64,000 nt of DNA from Gemmatimonadota bacterium (GCA_035267645.1 DATFLN010000044.1:72879-136878), one strand, 5' to 3'; numbered from the stretch's first letter, positions 9,731-18,488 are shown. The notes: a model not told the origin generated them from the letters alone. Made by a program: numbers and translations.

Positions 9731-9924
9731 GCCTGCGTCGTCCCCACCTGGCCGTCCCGTCCTCGTCCCGGCGCCTCACGTGCATCCGTCGTGCGCGGTG
9801 AGATCCGCGCCGCAGCGCGGCCGATCCGGGGCCGGGCCGGAAGCTCCGGACGGACGGAGAAGGTCCGGGTCCCGAACATAGGCGGCCGTGCCGCGCCGTG
9901 CACCCGGGCCCGGCGCCGGACCGC

Positions 9925-11394
9925 TCAGTCCCACCAGCCGTGGAGCCACCACCGCCACGCCCCGCCCGCCCGGGGCTCCCGGAAGATCCACAGGAGCTCC
10001 CCGCGCGCCGTGCACACCCGGTAGTACTCCCGCCGGTACGGATCGTCCCACCAGTCCCCCGACAGGCGCTCGGGCCCCTCCGCCGCCGCCAGCTCGTGGA
10101 GGCCCTCCCCATCGTGGACGGCCGCGGGCCGGCCCGCCTCGCAGCGCACCTCGACGGGCCTCGGCGCCGGCAGGAGCCGCAGGATGCCCGGGGGCGGCTC
10201 ATCCTGCGATGCCCCGTCCGGGGGCGGCGCCGCCCCGTCCGCCCCGCGACCTTCGGCTCCCGCCGCCCCGCCCCCCGGCCCTCCGATCGCCCTCCACCGG
10301 CTCCTGCGCTCGGGCCGGTGGTGGGGACGGGGGGCGGGCGCCACGACGGCGTCCTCGCCCAGGCGGGCCCGGATCCGGGATATCGCCGCCGAGGCGGCGG
10401 CCGGGTCGCGGGAGCGGGAGGCGAACAGGTCCTCCTGCCGGACCTCCGGCACGGCGCGCTCGTCCGCCCGCAGGGAGAGGGCGGTCACGGGAGCGGGCAG
10501 GCGCCCCTCCCCTCCGGCCCCCGACGCCGCCGACCGCTCCAGGCCCGCCCGGCAGAGCTCGTGGAGGAGGTCCCGGCGCAGGGTGGGTCGGGCCGGACGG
10601 ACGGCGATCTCCCTCCTCCCTCCCTCCTCCAGGCCCAGGCGGAGGACGAGGCGCCGGATGTGCCACCCCGCCCCGCCCACCTCGCCGCACAGCCGGTCCA
10701 GGAGGGGACCGAGGACGAAGAGCAGGGGCTCGACCTCCCGCACCCCGTCCCCGAGCTCCACGGAGGCCTCCGGCGGCTCCCCGGGCGGCGGCGGACGGAA
10801 GAGCCCCTCCTCCTCGGCCAGGGCCCGGCGGTGCGCGCGGATCCCCTCGAGCCCGAAGCGGGCCTCGAGCTCGACCCGCTCCCGGGCGGCCAGGTCTCGC
10901 ACCGTCCGGAAGCCGGCCGTCCGCAGGGTCTCCTCCATCGGCCCGGGGAGCCCCAGGACCTCCAGCGGCAGGGGGGCCAGGAAGGAGCGGGCCTCCCCGG
11001 GAGGGACGATGCGGGTGCGGGGAGGGACGATGCGGGAGGAGCCGGCATCGGGCGGCGTGGAGCCGGCCGACGTCGGAGGGAGGGGGACGTCTCCCGCGCC
11101 TCCCTCCCGGAGGGCCACCGCGGCCGCCGCGTCCGCCGCCACCCGCACGTCCGCGATCCCGACCCCCACCCGGACCGCGGCGGCCGCGTGCACGGCGCGG
11201 GCGAAGGCCGCCTCGCCGCCCCGGCGTCCCCACCCGCGGGCATCGGCCCGGCAGAGGTCGGGGGCGGCCACCATCACCCGGGGCGAAGCCTCCAGGAGGG
11301 CGGCGACCAGGCGATGGGCCGGGGAGGGCTCCTCCCCCCTCCCGGCCGGGTCGCCCGGGGGACGCGCGATGCGGATGGAGGCGATCCGGGCCAC
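9925..11394 (-). CDS. imuB: ImuB, Y-family polymerase-like mutasome subunit
   Basis: C-terminal part of ORF 9925..13245. In-frame GTG 11394 gives 489 aa. Contains ...PLEVLGLPGPMEETLRTAGFRTVRDLA... (HhH-like region) and the typical C-terminal LSGDWWDDPYRREYYRV. Lies directly after imuA. Confidence 0.8.
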   Translation of the reverse strand: MARIASIRIARPPGDPAGRGEEPSPAHRLVAALLEASPRVMVAAPDLCRADARGWGRRGGEAAFARAVHAAAAVRVGVGIADVRVAADAAAAVALREGGAGDVPLPPTSAGSTPPDAGSSRIVPPRTRIVPPGEARSFLAPLPLEVLGLPGPMEETLRTAGFRTVRDLAARERVELEARFGLEGIRAHRRALAEEEGLFRPPPPGEPPEASVELGDGVREVEPLLFVLGPLLDRLCGEVGGAGWHIRRLVLRLGLEEGGRREIAVRPARPTLRRDLLHELCRAGLERSAASGAGGEGRLPAPVTALSLRADERAVPEVRQEDLFASRSRDPAAASAAISRIRARLGEDAVVAPAPRPHHRPERRSRWRAIGGPGGGAAGAEGRGADGAAPPPDGASQDEPPPGILRLLPAPRPVEVRCEAGRPAAVHDGEGLHELAAAEGPERLSGDWWDDPYRREYYRVCTARGELLWIFREPRAGGAWRWWLHGWWD

Positions 11395-11411
11395 GGCGCG
11401 GGAAGCCCCCC

Positions 11412-12173
11412 CTACCGGCGGCCCTTCCGGTCCCGGGCCGCGGCGGGCACCCTCCGGTTCCGGGGCCGTCCCTCCCCGGGCTCGGGGCACAGGACCGGGA
11501 CCTCGGCCCTCCGGCCGCCGCCCACCCTGACCCAGACCGGCCGCACGCCCGGCAGGAAGGGGCCGAAAGGGACGCCTCCCAACGGCTCCAGCCGGCCGGG
11601 TCGGAACCGGAGCCGGAGAGCCGCCAGGGGGGAGACTCCCTCCACCACGAAGACCGCTCCCGCCTCCTCGGCCAGGCGCTGGAGCCTCACCGCGACGCTC
11701 CGGCGCAGGCCCGGCCCCGCCCGCCCCCGGCCCCCGCCCGGCGCCTCGTCGCCGAGGAGGAGCGCCACCGTCCCGAACCCCCCGCTCCGCAGGAGGAGGT
11801 CCGCGCACCAGGCGGCCTCCTCCCCGGAGGGGGGACGGACCACCCACAGGGTCTCCTCTCCTACCTCCTCCTCCCCCTCCGGACCGACCCAGTCGGGGGC
11901 GAAGAGGGTCCGTCCCGCGTCCACGAGCGCCACCGGCTCCCCCTCCGCCCGCCGCCGCCGGACGAGGGCCCGCAGGAGGGCCGTCTTGCCGCAGGAGCGG
12001 GGCCCCAGCCACTCCACCGGCTCTCCCCGGGGGAGTCCGCCCCGCGGGAGGATCCCGTCCAGGAGGGCGATCCCCGTGGAGACCGTGGGCCCGGCGGAGG
12101 GAGGCCGCGCGCGGGAAGGGTCGATCTCCTCGAGCCTGCGCTCCAGCTCGTGCAGGACCGCCGGATCCGGCAT
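11412..12173 (-). CDS. imuA: ImuA, RecA/SulA-like mutasome subunit
   Basis: ATG 12173 is preceded by GAGGAGG. Has TGIALLDGILPRGGLPRG and the Walker-A-like GPRSCGKTALL. The upstream ATG 12278 is rejected because it would translate through the operator-like element. Confidence 0.8.
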   Translation of the reverse strand: MPDPAVLHELERRLEEIDPSRARPPSAGPTVSTGIALLDGILPRGGLPRGEPVEWLGPRSCGKTALLRALVRRRRAEGEPVALVDAGRTLFAPDWVGPEGEEEVGEETLWVVRPPSGEEAAWCADLLLRSGGFGTVALLLGDEAPGGGRGRAGPGLRRSVAVRLQRLAEEAGAVFVVEGVSPLAALRLRFRPGRLEPLGGVPFGPFLPGVRPVWVRVGGGRRAEVPVLCPEPGEGRPRNRRVPAAARDRKGRR

Positions 12174-12238
12174 GCGAAAGACCTCCTCTGACAGCTCCGC
12201 TCCGGGCCGGAGGGGCGCCGGCGGCCGGAGCGGGATCG

Positions 12239-12260
12239 ATACCGAACAAATACCGAAAGT
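12239..12260 (-). promoter_or_regulatory. tandem direct repeat TTCGGTAT-N3-TTCGGTAT (candidate SOS/LexA operator) upstream of imuA
   Basis: Plus strand reads ATACCGAACAAATACCGAAAGT, about 65 nt upstream of the imuA ATG. 21/22 identical to 6817..6838. Confidence 0.55.
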
Positions 12261-12341
12261 GGACCGGAAGCATAACACCGCCTCCGGGAGGTCGGCAAGG
12301 CGGGGCGGGGTGGAAGGAAGAGAGTGGAGGGCCCGCCAGAG

Positions 12342-12369
12342 ACCCTCTTGAACTCGAGTTCAAGAGGGT
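12342..12369. repeat. perfect 28-bp palindrome ACCCTCTTGAACTCGAGTTCAAGAGGGT
   Basis: Exact 14+14 inverted repeat in the gap between the SH3 gene and imuA. The core is GAAC-N4-GTTC. It could be an operator or a terminator hairpin. Confidence 0.6.
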
Positions 12370-12419
12370 TCTTCGGAGGCCCCCCGTATCATACGCGCGC
12401 CCTCCGGAGGAGCTCCGCC

Positions 12420-13451
12420 CTAGTGGATCTCCAGGAGGTCCAGGACCGGGGCCCCCATCAGGGCCGAGCGGCCCGTCCGGACCCGGCCCACCACCTGGAT
12501 CGTCTGAAGCGGCCGCAGGCCCCTGACATGGGAGACGAGCTCGGGGGGGACGGCCAGGTAGACGAAGCTCTCCGAGGGAGACGGGGTCCGGGCCAGGATG
12601 AACGGCTCGCCCTCGTAGAAGTCGGTCCGCACGGACTCGGCCTTCTCGAGCGAGATGAACTGCACGCTCCAGCGCACCTCGCGGCCCACGTACTGCCCCG
12701 GGTTCGCCTTGAGGTCGGCGGGCGTGAGGGAGGTGCTGGCCGCGGCCGAGTCGGCCGCCACCAGGTCCGCGTTCCGGACCCAGCCCTCGAGCCGGACCCG
12801 GCTCCATCCGCCCCGCCGGTCGAGCACCCGCAGGTCGGCCCCGGGGCGGACGACCGCCAGCGTGTCCCCCCGCGGGGAGACGAACAGGCGGGCGGGCGCG
12901 CCCTTCACCACCAGGCGGTCGGGCAGGCTGTCGGGGCCGGACGGCCGGCCCGCCGGCGCGCCCCCGGACGAGGCGCCCGCCGCCTCTCCTCCCCCGCCGC
13001 CGGCCGTGGCCAGGGAGGGAGCCCACATCCAGGCGGTCCGCCGCACGTGCATCCAGTTGCCCTGCTCGCCGGTCTTCTCGAGCAGGAAGCCCTCGAGCAG
13101 ACGGGCCTCGATCGTCGCGTCCGCGCTCGGCCGCTCCCGCAGGTTCTCGCCGCCGTCGGCCGAGACCACGAGGTCGTAGCCCTCCCGTCCGGTCGACGCG
13201 ACGGACGGCGCCCAGATCCAGCCCGAGAGCACGATCTGCCGCCACTGCCCCTGGCGGCCCACGATCGCCACGGAGGTCCCTCCGTTCACGCTGGCCAGGA
13301 CCTTGCCCTCCGGCTCCTGCCGGAGGTTCTCCCGGTCCGTCGAGACGCGGGCGGTCTGGGCCGCGAGCGGCGCCGCCCCGAGGAGGAGCGCGACGAGCGC
13401 TGCGGCGAGCGTGGCGCCGGCCGGGCGGCGGAGCTCGGACTTCCGTGGCAG
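12420..13451 (-). CDS. exported protein with repeated bacterial SH3-like segments
   Basis: ORF 12420..13289 continues in frame upstream through a clear signal peptide (RKSELRRPAGATLAAALVALLLGAAPLAAQ) that has no ATG/GTG/TTG. A CTG at 13451 lies 7 nt after GGAGG. Repeats: GWIWAPS, AWMWAPS, GWVRNADL. Confidence 0.65.
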   Translation of the reverse strand: MPRKSELRRPAGATLAAALVALLLGAAPLAAQTARVSTDRENLRQEPEGKVLASVNGGTSVAIVGRQGQWRQIVLSGWIWAPSVASTGREGYDLVVSADGGENLRERPSADATIEARLLEGFLLEKTGEQGNWMHVRRTAWMWAPSLATAGGGGGEAAGASSGGAPAGRPSGPDSLPDRLVVKGAPARLFVSPRGDTLAVVRPGADLRVLDRRGGWSRVRLEGWVRNADLVAADSAAASTSLTPADLKANPGQYVGREVRWSVQFISLEKAESVRTDFYEGEPFILARTPSPSESFVYLAVPPELVSHVRGLRPLQTIQVVGRVRTGRSALMGAPVLDLLEIH

Positions 13452-13466
13452 GGGGACACCTCCTGC

Positions 13467-13495
13467 TGGATGCTGCGGAGCGGCCGTCCTACATT
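13467..13495 (+). promoter_or_regulatory. candidate sigma70-type promoter (TGGATG-N17-TACATT)
   Basis: The -10-like TACATT is embedded in the 14-mer CCTACATTGGCGGG, which also occurs at 38944..38957. It lies 124 nt upstream of the OMP gene start. Confidence 0.3.
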
Positions 13496-13618
13496 GGCGG
13501 GCCGATCGCCCCGCGTCGGCTCGAGGTCCGGAATCGACCGGGACCTCGCGGGCTCCACGAGTATAGAAACGGCTCCGGAGAGCAGCAATCGGGGACCGCC
13601 AGCGAATCGGAGGAGGGC

Positions 13619-14377
13619 GTGCGGAGGACGTCGGGAAGCAGGATCGTGTGGGCGGGGATGGTGGCGGTCCTCGCGCTCCTCGTCGCGGGCCCGCTCGCCG
13701 CCCAGCAGGGCGGGTCCGCCTCGGGCCAGCCCAGCATCACCAGCCCCTACCGGTGGATCAACCGGGCGCTCCGGATCGGCGTCTTCGGCGGCCGCCTGGA
13801 GACGAGCCGCGGGACGACGGGGTTCGGGCCGGGCCCCGCCTACTTCGGGGGGCTCGACTTCCGCGCCCGGGTGAGCAGCCCGCTCAGCGTCGAGGTGCGG
13901 GCCGGCTACGGGAAGTCCGACCTGGCGGTCATCGACCCCCGGCTCCCGGACGGACCGGCCCCGGTCGACACGGTCTCCACGCGGTGGGGCTTCATCGAGG
14001 CCGGCCTCCAGTTCGCGCTCACCGGCCAGCGCACCTGGCACCGCTTCCAGCCCTACGTCCTCATCATGGGCGGGTTCCTGCGGGGGTTCGACAAGCCCGT
14101 CAGCCCGGCGCTGTCGGACCCCACCGACGCCCCCTTCCGCTACACGATCGGCACGATGCCCGTCCTCCAGCCGGGCGTGGGCTTCGAGTGGCAGCCGGCC
14201 GACCGCATCGGGGTCGGCTTCGAGGCGCGGGACCTCCTGATGCACCTCAAGGCTCCGCCGGGCTTCTTCCGCCAGGACGTGCTGGACCGGATCGATCAGC
14301 TCGGCCTCCCCGCGCCGAACGACACCCAGTGGACCCACAACCTGTCCCTCACGCTCACGGTGTGGCGGTACTTCTGA
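13619..14377 (+). CDS. outer-membrane beta-barrel protein (OmpA-N/OmpW-like small barrel)
   Basis: GTG 13619 follows GGAGGAGG. Signal peptide MVAVLALLVAGPLAAQ, alternating beta-strand pattern, and a C-terminal ...LTLTVWRYF ending in Phe. Confidence 0.7.
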   Translation: MRRTSGSRIVWAGMVAVLALLVAGPLAAQQGGSASGQPSITSPYRWINRALRIGVFGGRLETSRGTTGFGPGPAYFGGLDFRARVSSPLSVEVRAGYGKSDLAVIDPRLPDGPAPVDTVSTRWGFIEAGLQFALTGQRTWHRFQPYVLIMGGFLRGFDKPVSPALSDPTDAPFRYTIGTMPVLQPGVGFEWQPADRIGVGFEARDLLMHLKAPPGFFRQDVLDRIDQLGLPAPNDTQWTHNLSLTLTVWRYF

Positions 14378-16038
14378 GGCGGGTCCGGCGCGCGCCGCGG
14401 GGAGCGGGCGGCCTCACCGCGTCGCTCCTCGTGGCGGCCCTCCTGGCGCCGCCCGCCGCGAGGCCCGCCGCCGCCCGGTCGGCTCCCGCCCACGCGGCCG
14501 CGCGCCAGGCGGTCGCCTCGACCCGGGCGGACACCGCGCCGCCCCCGGCTCCCGACTCCGGCCGCACGCCCGCCCCCCTGGACCGACGGGACCTCGCCCG
14601 CCGGCTCGACGCGCTCCTGGACGACCCCGCGCTGGCGCACGCCCACGTCGGCCTGGACGTGGCCGTGGCCGAGACCGGCGAGCGGCTCTACGCCCGCTCG
14701 GCCGAGAAGCGGTTCACGACGGCGAGCACGACCAAGCTCATCGTCTCGTCCGTGGCCCTGGACCGCCTCGGCGCCGGCTACAGGTGGGAGACCCGGGCCC
14801 TGGCCGCGCGGCGTCCCCGCGGCGGCGCCCTCTCCGGCGACCTGTGGCTGGTCGGGGGCGGTGACCCCTCGCTGGACGAGGGGGACCTCCGGACCCTGGC
14901 CGGCCGGCTCCGGGCGAGGGGCGTGCGCCGGATCCGGGGCGACGTGGTCGGAGACGACCGCCGCTTCGAGCCCCCGCGCTGGGGCCGCGGCTGGATGTGG
15001 GACGACCTCGCCGGCGGATGGGCCTCCGGCGTGAGCGGCCTGGAGCTCCACCCGGGACGGGTCCGGGCGCTCCTGAGGCCGGGCGCGGATGCCGGGGATC
15101 CCGCCACGCTCGTGCTCGAGGATCCCGGCCCCACCCTCCCGCTCGAGCTCCGCGTGCGGACCGGGGCCCCCGGCTCGGAGCCGCGGCTCCGGTTCCTGCC
15201 CGGCCCGGGCCCGGTCCCCGAGAGCGCGGTCCTCTCGGGGTGGATCCCGGCGGACGCGGACTCGGTCCCGCTCTACCTGGCCACCGACCACCCGACCTCC
15301 TACCTCCTGGCGCGGGTGGCGTCGGTGCTGGCCGACTCGGGGATCCGGGTCGACGGGGCGTTCCGGAGGGTGCGGCCCGACGAGCCCGTCCCCGACGCCG
15401 CGTGGGCCGACACGCTCCGCTCGGACTCGCTCGGGGCCGTGCTGCGGGAGATGCTCCACCCGAGCGACAACGCCATGGCGGAGTCCCTCCTCCGCACCCT
15501 GGGCGCCGAGGAGGGCCGCTCGGGCTCGGACGTCGAGGGGCTCAGGGTCGAGCGGGAGACGCTCTCGGAGTGGGGCGTGGACCCGGACGCCTACGAGCTC
15601 ACCGACGGGTCGGGCATGTCCCGCTACGACGAGGTCACGCCCGCCGCCCTGGTGCGGGTGCTCCGGACCCTGTGGCGCCGGCCCGACTTCGAGGTCTTCG
15701 ACGCCGCCCTCCCGGCCCCCGCGGAGTCGGGCACCCTGAGCGGGCGGCTCGGAGGCGTCCCGGCCTCCGGGGCCGTGCGGGCCAAGACCGGCTCCCTGGC
15801 CTCGGTCCGCGGGCTGGCCGGCTACGTGACGGCCGGCGACGGCGAGACCCTCGTCTTCGCCCTCCTCCTGAACGGGTATTCGGCGCCGGGGGACGTGGCC
15901 GAGGCGCTCCGCGACCTCCTCGTCGAGCAACTCTCCCTCTACCGGAGGCCGGTCGTCCCGGGGTGGCCCTCGGTGCGCGGGGAGGGCGGCGGGCGGAGCG
16001 GGACCCGGGGCGCGGGCGGAGGCGGAGGCCGCCCGTGA
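14362..16038 (+). CDS. dacB: D-alanyl-D-alanine carboxypeptidase/endopeptidase, PBP4 (S13) family
   Basis: SxxK (ASTTKL), SxN (PSDNAM) and KTG (AKTGSL) motifs in the expected order. The start is uncertain; GTG 14362 gives a signal-like N-terminus and a 16-nt overlap with the OMP gene. Confidence 0.85.
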   Translation: MAVLLRRVRRAPRGAGGLTASLLVAALLAPPAARPAAARSAPAHAAARQAVASTRADTAPPPAPDSGRTPAPLDRRDLARRLDALLDDPALAHAHVGLDVAVAETGERLYARSAEKRFTTASTTKLIVSSVALDRLGAGYRWETRALAARRPRGGALSGDLWLVGGGDPSLDEGDLRTLAGRLRARGVRRIRGDVVGDDRRFEPPRWGRGWMWDDLAGGWASGVSGLELHPGRVRALLRPGADAGDPATLVLEDPGPTLPLELRVRTGAPGSEPRLRFLPGPGPVPESAVLSGWIPADADSVPLYLATDHPTSYLLARVASVLADSGIRVDGAFRRVRPDEPVPDAAWADTLRSDSLGAVLREMLHPSDNAMAESLLRTLGAEEGRSGSDVEGLRVERETLSEWGVDPDAYELTDGSGMSRYDEVTPAALVRVLRTLWRRPDFEVFDAALPAPAESGTLSGRLGGVPASGAVRAKTGSLASVRGLAGYVTAGDGETLVFALLLNGYSAPGDVAEALRDLLVEQLSLYRRPVVPGWPSVRGEGGGRSGTRGAGGGGGRP

Positions 16039-16096
16039 GCGCGTGCGGCAGGACCCGCGCCCCGCCCGGAGGCGGAGGCCCGCCCGGAGGCCGACC

Positions 16097-17383
16097 GTGA
16101 GCCCGAAGGGTCACGGCGAGGCCGACTGGCTTCCCTTCCCGGAGGCGCTGGCTCGGGTGCTCGAGCGCACGCCGCCTCTCGGATCGGAGGCCGTCCCGCT
16201 CGCCGCGGCCAGGGGCCGGGCCCTGGCCGCGGACGTGGTCTCGGGCGTCGACCAGCCGCCGTGGGACGTGAGCGCCATGGACGGCTTCGCGGTGCGGGCC
16301 GGGGACGTAGAGGGCGCCTCGGAGGACGCGCCGGTCCGCCTCCCGGTCTCCGGCGACGTCCCGGCGGGCGCCTTCCCCGAGGGGCCGCTCGAGCCGGGCA
16401 CCGCGGTGCGCGTGATGACGGGGGCCCCGGTGCCCGAGGGCGCCACGGGGGTGGTCCGGGTCGAGCACACCGACGGCGGCGACGGCGGCATGGTGACCTT
16501 CCGGAGCGACGAGGACGCGCGGGGGAACGTCCGGCCGGCGGGGGAGGACCTGCGGCGGGGACGGACCGTGCTCACCCGGGGCCTCGAGGTGACGCCGGCG
16601 GTGGTCGGCGTCCTGGCCACCGTGGGGCGGCGCGAGGTCGAGGTCGGCCGGATCCCCCGGGTGGGGATCCTGGCCACGGGGGACGAGCTGGCCCGTCCCG
16701 ACGCGTTCGACGAGGTCCTGGCCGGCAGGAAGATCGCCGACTCGAACGGACCCGCGCTGGCCGCCGCGGTGGCCGGCGCCGGCGCGGAGCCGGTCCCGCT
16801 CGGGCTCGCCCGCGACGAGCGGGAGGACGTCCGCCGGCGCCTCGAGCGCGGCGCGGAGTGCGACGCCCTCGTGACCACGGCGGGCGTGAGCGTCGGGGAC
16901 CGCGACCTGGTCCGGGAGGTGCTGGAGGACCTGGGGCTGGAGGAGGTCTTCTGGCGGGTGCGCATCCGCCCCGGGAGCCCCTTCGCCTTCGGGCTCCTCC
17001 CGAGCGCCCGCCCGGTCTTCGCGCTGCCTGGGAACCCGGTCTCGGCCCTGGTCACCTTCGAGGTGCTGGTCCGGCCGGCCCTGCGGCGGATGGCGGGGCA
17101 CGCGCGGCTGGAGCGCCGGAGGGTGCCCGTCGAGCTGGCCGAGGAGGTCCGGGGGAAGGCCGACCTCACCCACTTCAACCGGGTCCGGCTGGAGGGGCGC
17201 CCGGGCCGGCCGCCGCTGGCCCGCCTCACCGGGCCGCAGGGCTCGGGGATCCTGACCTCGGTGGCCGCGGCGGACGCGCTCCTCGTCGTGCCCGAAGGGA
17301 CGGAGCGCCTGGCCGCCGGCGCGGCGGCCGAGGCCATCCCGCTCGACGCCTGGGGGCCGCGCCCAGCCTCCGGCGACGCGTGA
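16097..17383 (+). CDS. moeA: molybdopterin molybdenumtransferase MoeA
   Basis: PPWDVSAMDGFAV, GDVPAG, VLATGDEL and TTAGVSVGDRD motifs. GTG 16097 lies 6 nt after GGAGG; the ORF opens at GTG 16043. Confidence 0.9.
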   Translation: MSPKGHGEADWLPFPEALARVLERTPPLGSEAVPLAAARGRALAADVVSGVDQPPWDVSAMDGFAVRAGDVEGASEDAPVRLPVSGDVPAGAFPEGPLEPGTAVRVMTGAPVPEGATGVVRVEHTDGGDGGMVTFRSDEDARGNVRPAGEDLRRGRTVLTRGLEVTPAVVGVLATVGRREVEVGRIPRVGILATGDELARPDAFDEVLAGRKIADSNGPALAAAVAGAGAEPVPLGLARDEREDVRRRLERGAECDALVTTAGVSVGDRDLVREVLEDLGLEEVFWRVRIRPGSPFAFGLLPSARPVFALPGNPVSALVTFEVLVRPALRRMAGHARLERRRVPVELAEEVRGKADLTHFNRVRLEGRPGRPPLARLTGPQGSGILTSVAAADALLVVPEGTERLAAGAAAEAIPLDAWGPRPASGDA

Positions 17384-17396
17384 GCGGCCGGGGCCC

Positions 17397-18488
17397 GTGA
17401 GCCACCCGGCGGCGGTCGAGCTCCTGGTCGGCACGCGGCGCGGCCTCTTCCGCCTCTCCGCGGGCAGCGAGCGGACCGACTGGCGGGTGCACGGGCCCCA
17501 CATCGCCGGCTTCGAGGTCTTCCACGCCGCCCTCGACCCCCTGGACCCGGCCCGGGGCTGGGCCGCGGTCCGCCATCCGGTGTGGGGAGGTCAGGTCTAC
17601 CGGACCCGGGACGGCGGCCGCGGCTGGGAGCCGCTCCCCGCGCGGCCCGCCTTCCCGGAGGACGCGGAGCGCACGGTGGAGGCCGTGTGGCACGTGACCC
17701 CGGGCGGTCCCGGAGCGCCCGGCCGGCTGTGGGCGGGGACCGAGCCGGCCGGCCTCTTCCTGAGCGAGGACGCGGGGGAGAGCTGGCGCTGGATCCGCTC
17801 GCTGGACGAGCACCCCACGCGGGGCGCGTGGCAGCCCGCCAAGGGCGGCCTCGCCCTCCACTCGATCCAGGTGGACCCGGAGCGCCCCGACCGCCTGTAC
17901 ACAGCCCTCTCGGCCGGGGGCTGCTACCGCAGCGAGGACGGCGGGGCCTCGTGGACGGCGATCAACGCGGGCGTGCGGGCCGACTACCTGCCCGATCCCG
18001 CGCCCGAGGCCGGCCAGTGCGTGCACTCGCTCAGGCTGCATCCCGCCCGCCCCGCCCGCCTCTACCGGCAGAGCCACTGCGGCACCTGGCGCTCGGACGA
18101 CGGCGGCGACTCCTGGACGGAGATCACCGACGGCCTCCCGAGCGACTTCGGCTACGTGGTCGGCCTGGACCCTCGGAACCCCGACCGCGCCTGGGTCGTG
18201 CCGGAGGAGAGCAGCCACATGCGCTCGGTGTGCGGCGGGAGGCTCAGGGTGTTCGAGACCCGGGACGCGGGCGCGAGCTGGGAGCCGCGGGGCGAGGGCC
18301 TCCCGGCCGAGCACGCGTACGTCTCCGTGCTCCGGGAGGCGCTGGCCGTGGACCCGCTCGACCCGTGCGGCGTGCACTTCGGGACGTCGACCGGGCACCT
18401 GTTCACCAGCCCCGACGGCCGCACCTGGCGGGAGGCGGCCGGCTACCTCCCCAGGATCCTCTCGGTCACGGCGGCGGCCACTCGCTGA
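17397..18488 (+). CDS. BNR/Asp-box repeat protein (sialidase-like beta-propeller)
   Basis: Six SxDxGxxW-type repeats: TRDGGRGW, SEDAGESW, SEDGGASW, SDDGGDSW, TRDAGASW, SPDGRTW. Confidence 0.8.
   Translation: MSHPAAVELLVGTRRGLFRLSAGSERTDWRVHGPHIAGFEVFHAALDPLDPARGWAAVRHPVWGGQVYRTRDGGRGWEPLPARPAFPEDAERTVEAVWHVTPGGPGAPGRLWAGTEPAGLFLSEDAGESWRWIRSLDEHPTRGAWQPAKGGLALHSIQVDPERPDRLYTALSAGGCYRSEDGGASWTAINAGVRADYLPDPAPEAGQCVHSLRLHPARPARLYRQSHCGTWRSDDGGDSWTEITDGLPSDFGYVVGLDPRNPDRAWVVPEESSHMRSVCGGRLRVFETRDAGASWEPRGEGLPAEHAYVSVLREALAVDPLDPCGVHFGTSTGHLFTSPDGRTWREAAGYLPRILSVTAAATR

Noticed and set aside
12174-12278. Upstream ATG 12278 as the imuA start
   Set aside because: It would add 35 residues (MLCFRSTFGICSVSIPL...) translated straight through the conserved tandem-repeat element. 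ATG 12173 has a GAGGAGG ribosome-binding site.
9888-12351. 767- and 817-aa plus-strand ORFs, and other long Arg/Pro-rich ORFs across imuA/imuB
   Set aside because: They have degenerate low-complexity translations and lie antisense to well-supported imuA/imuB frames. They are GC-driven artefacts.
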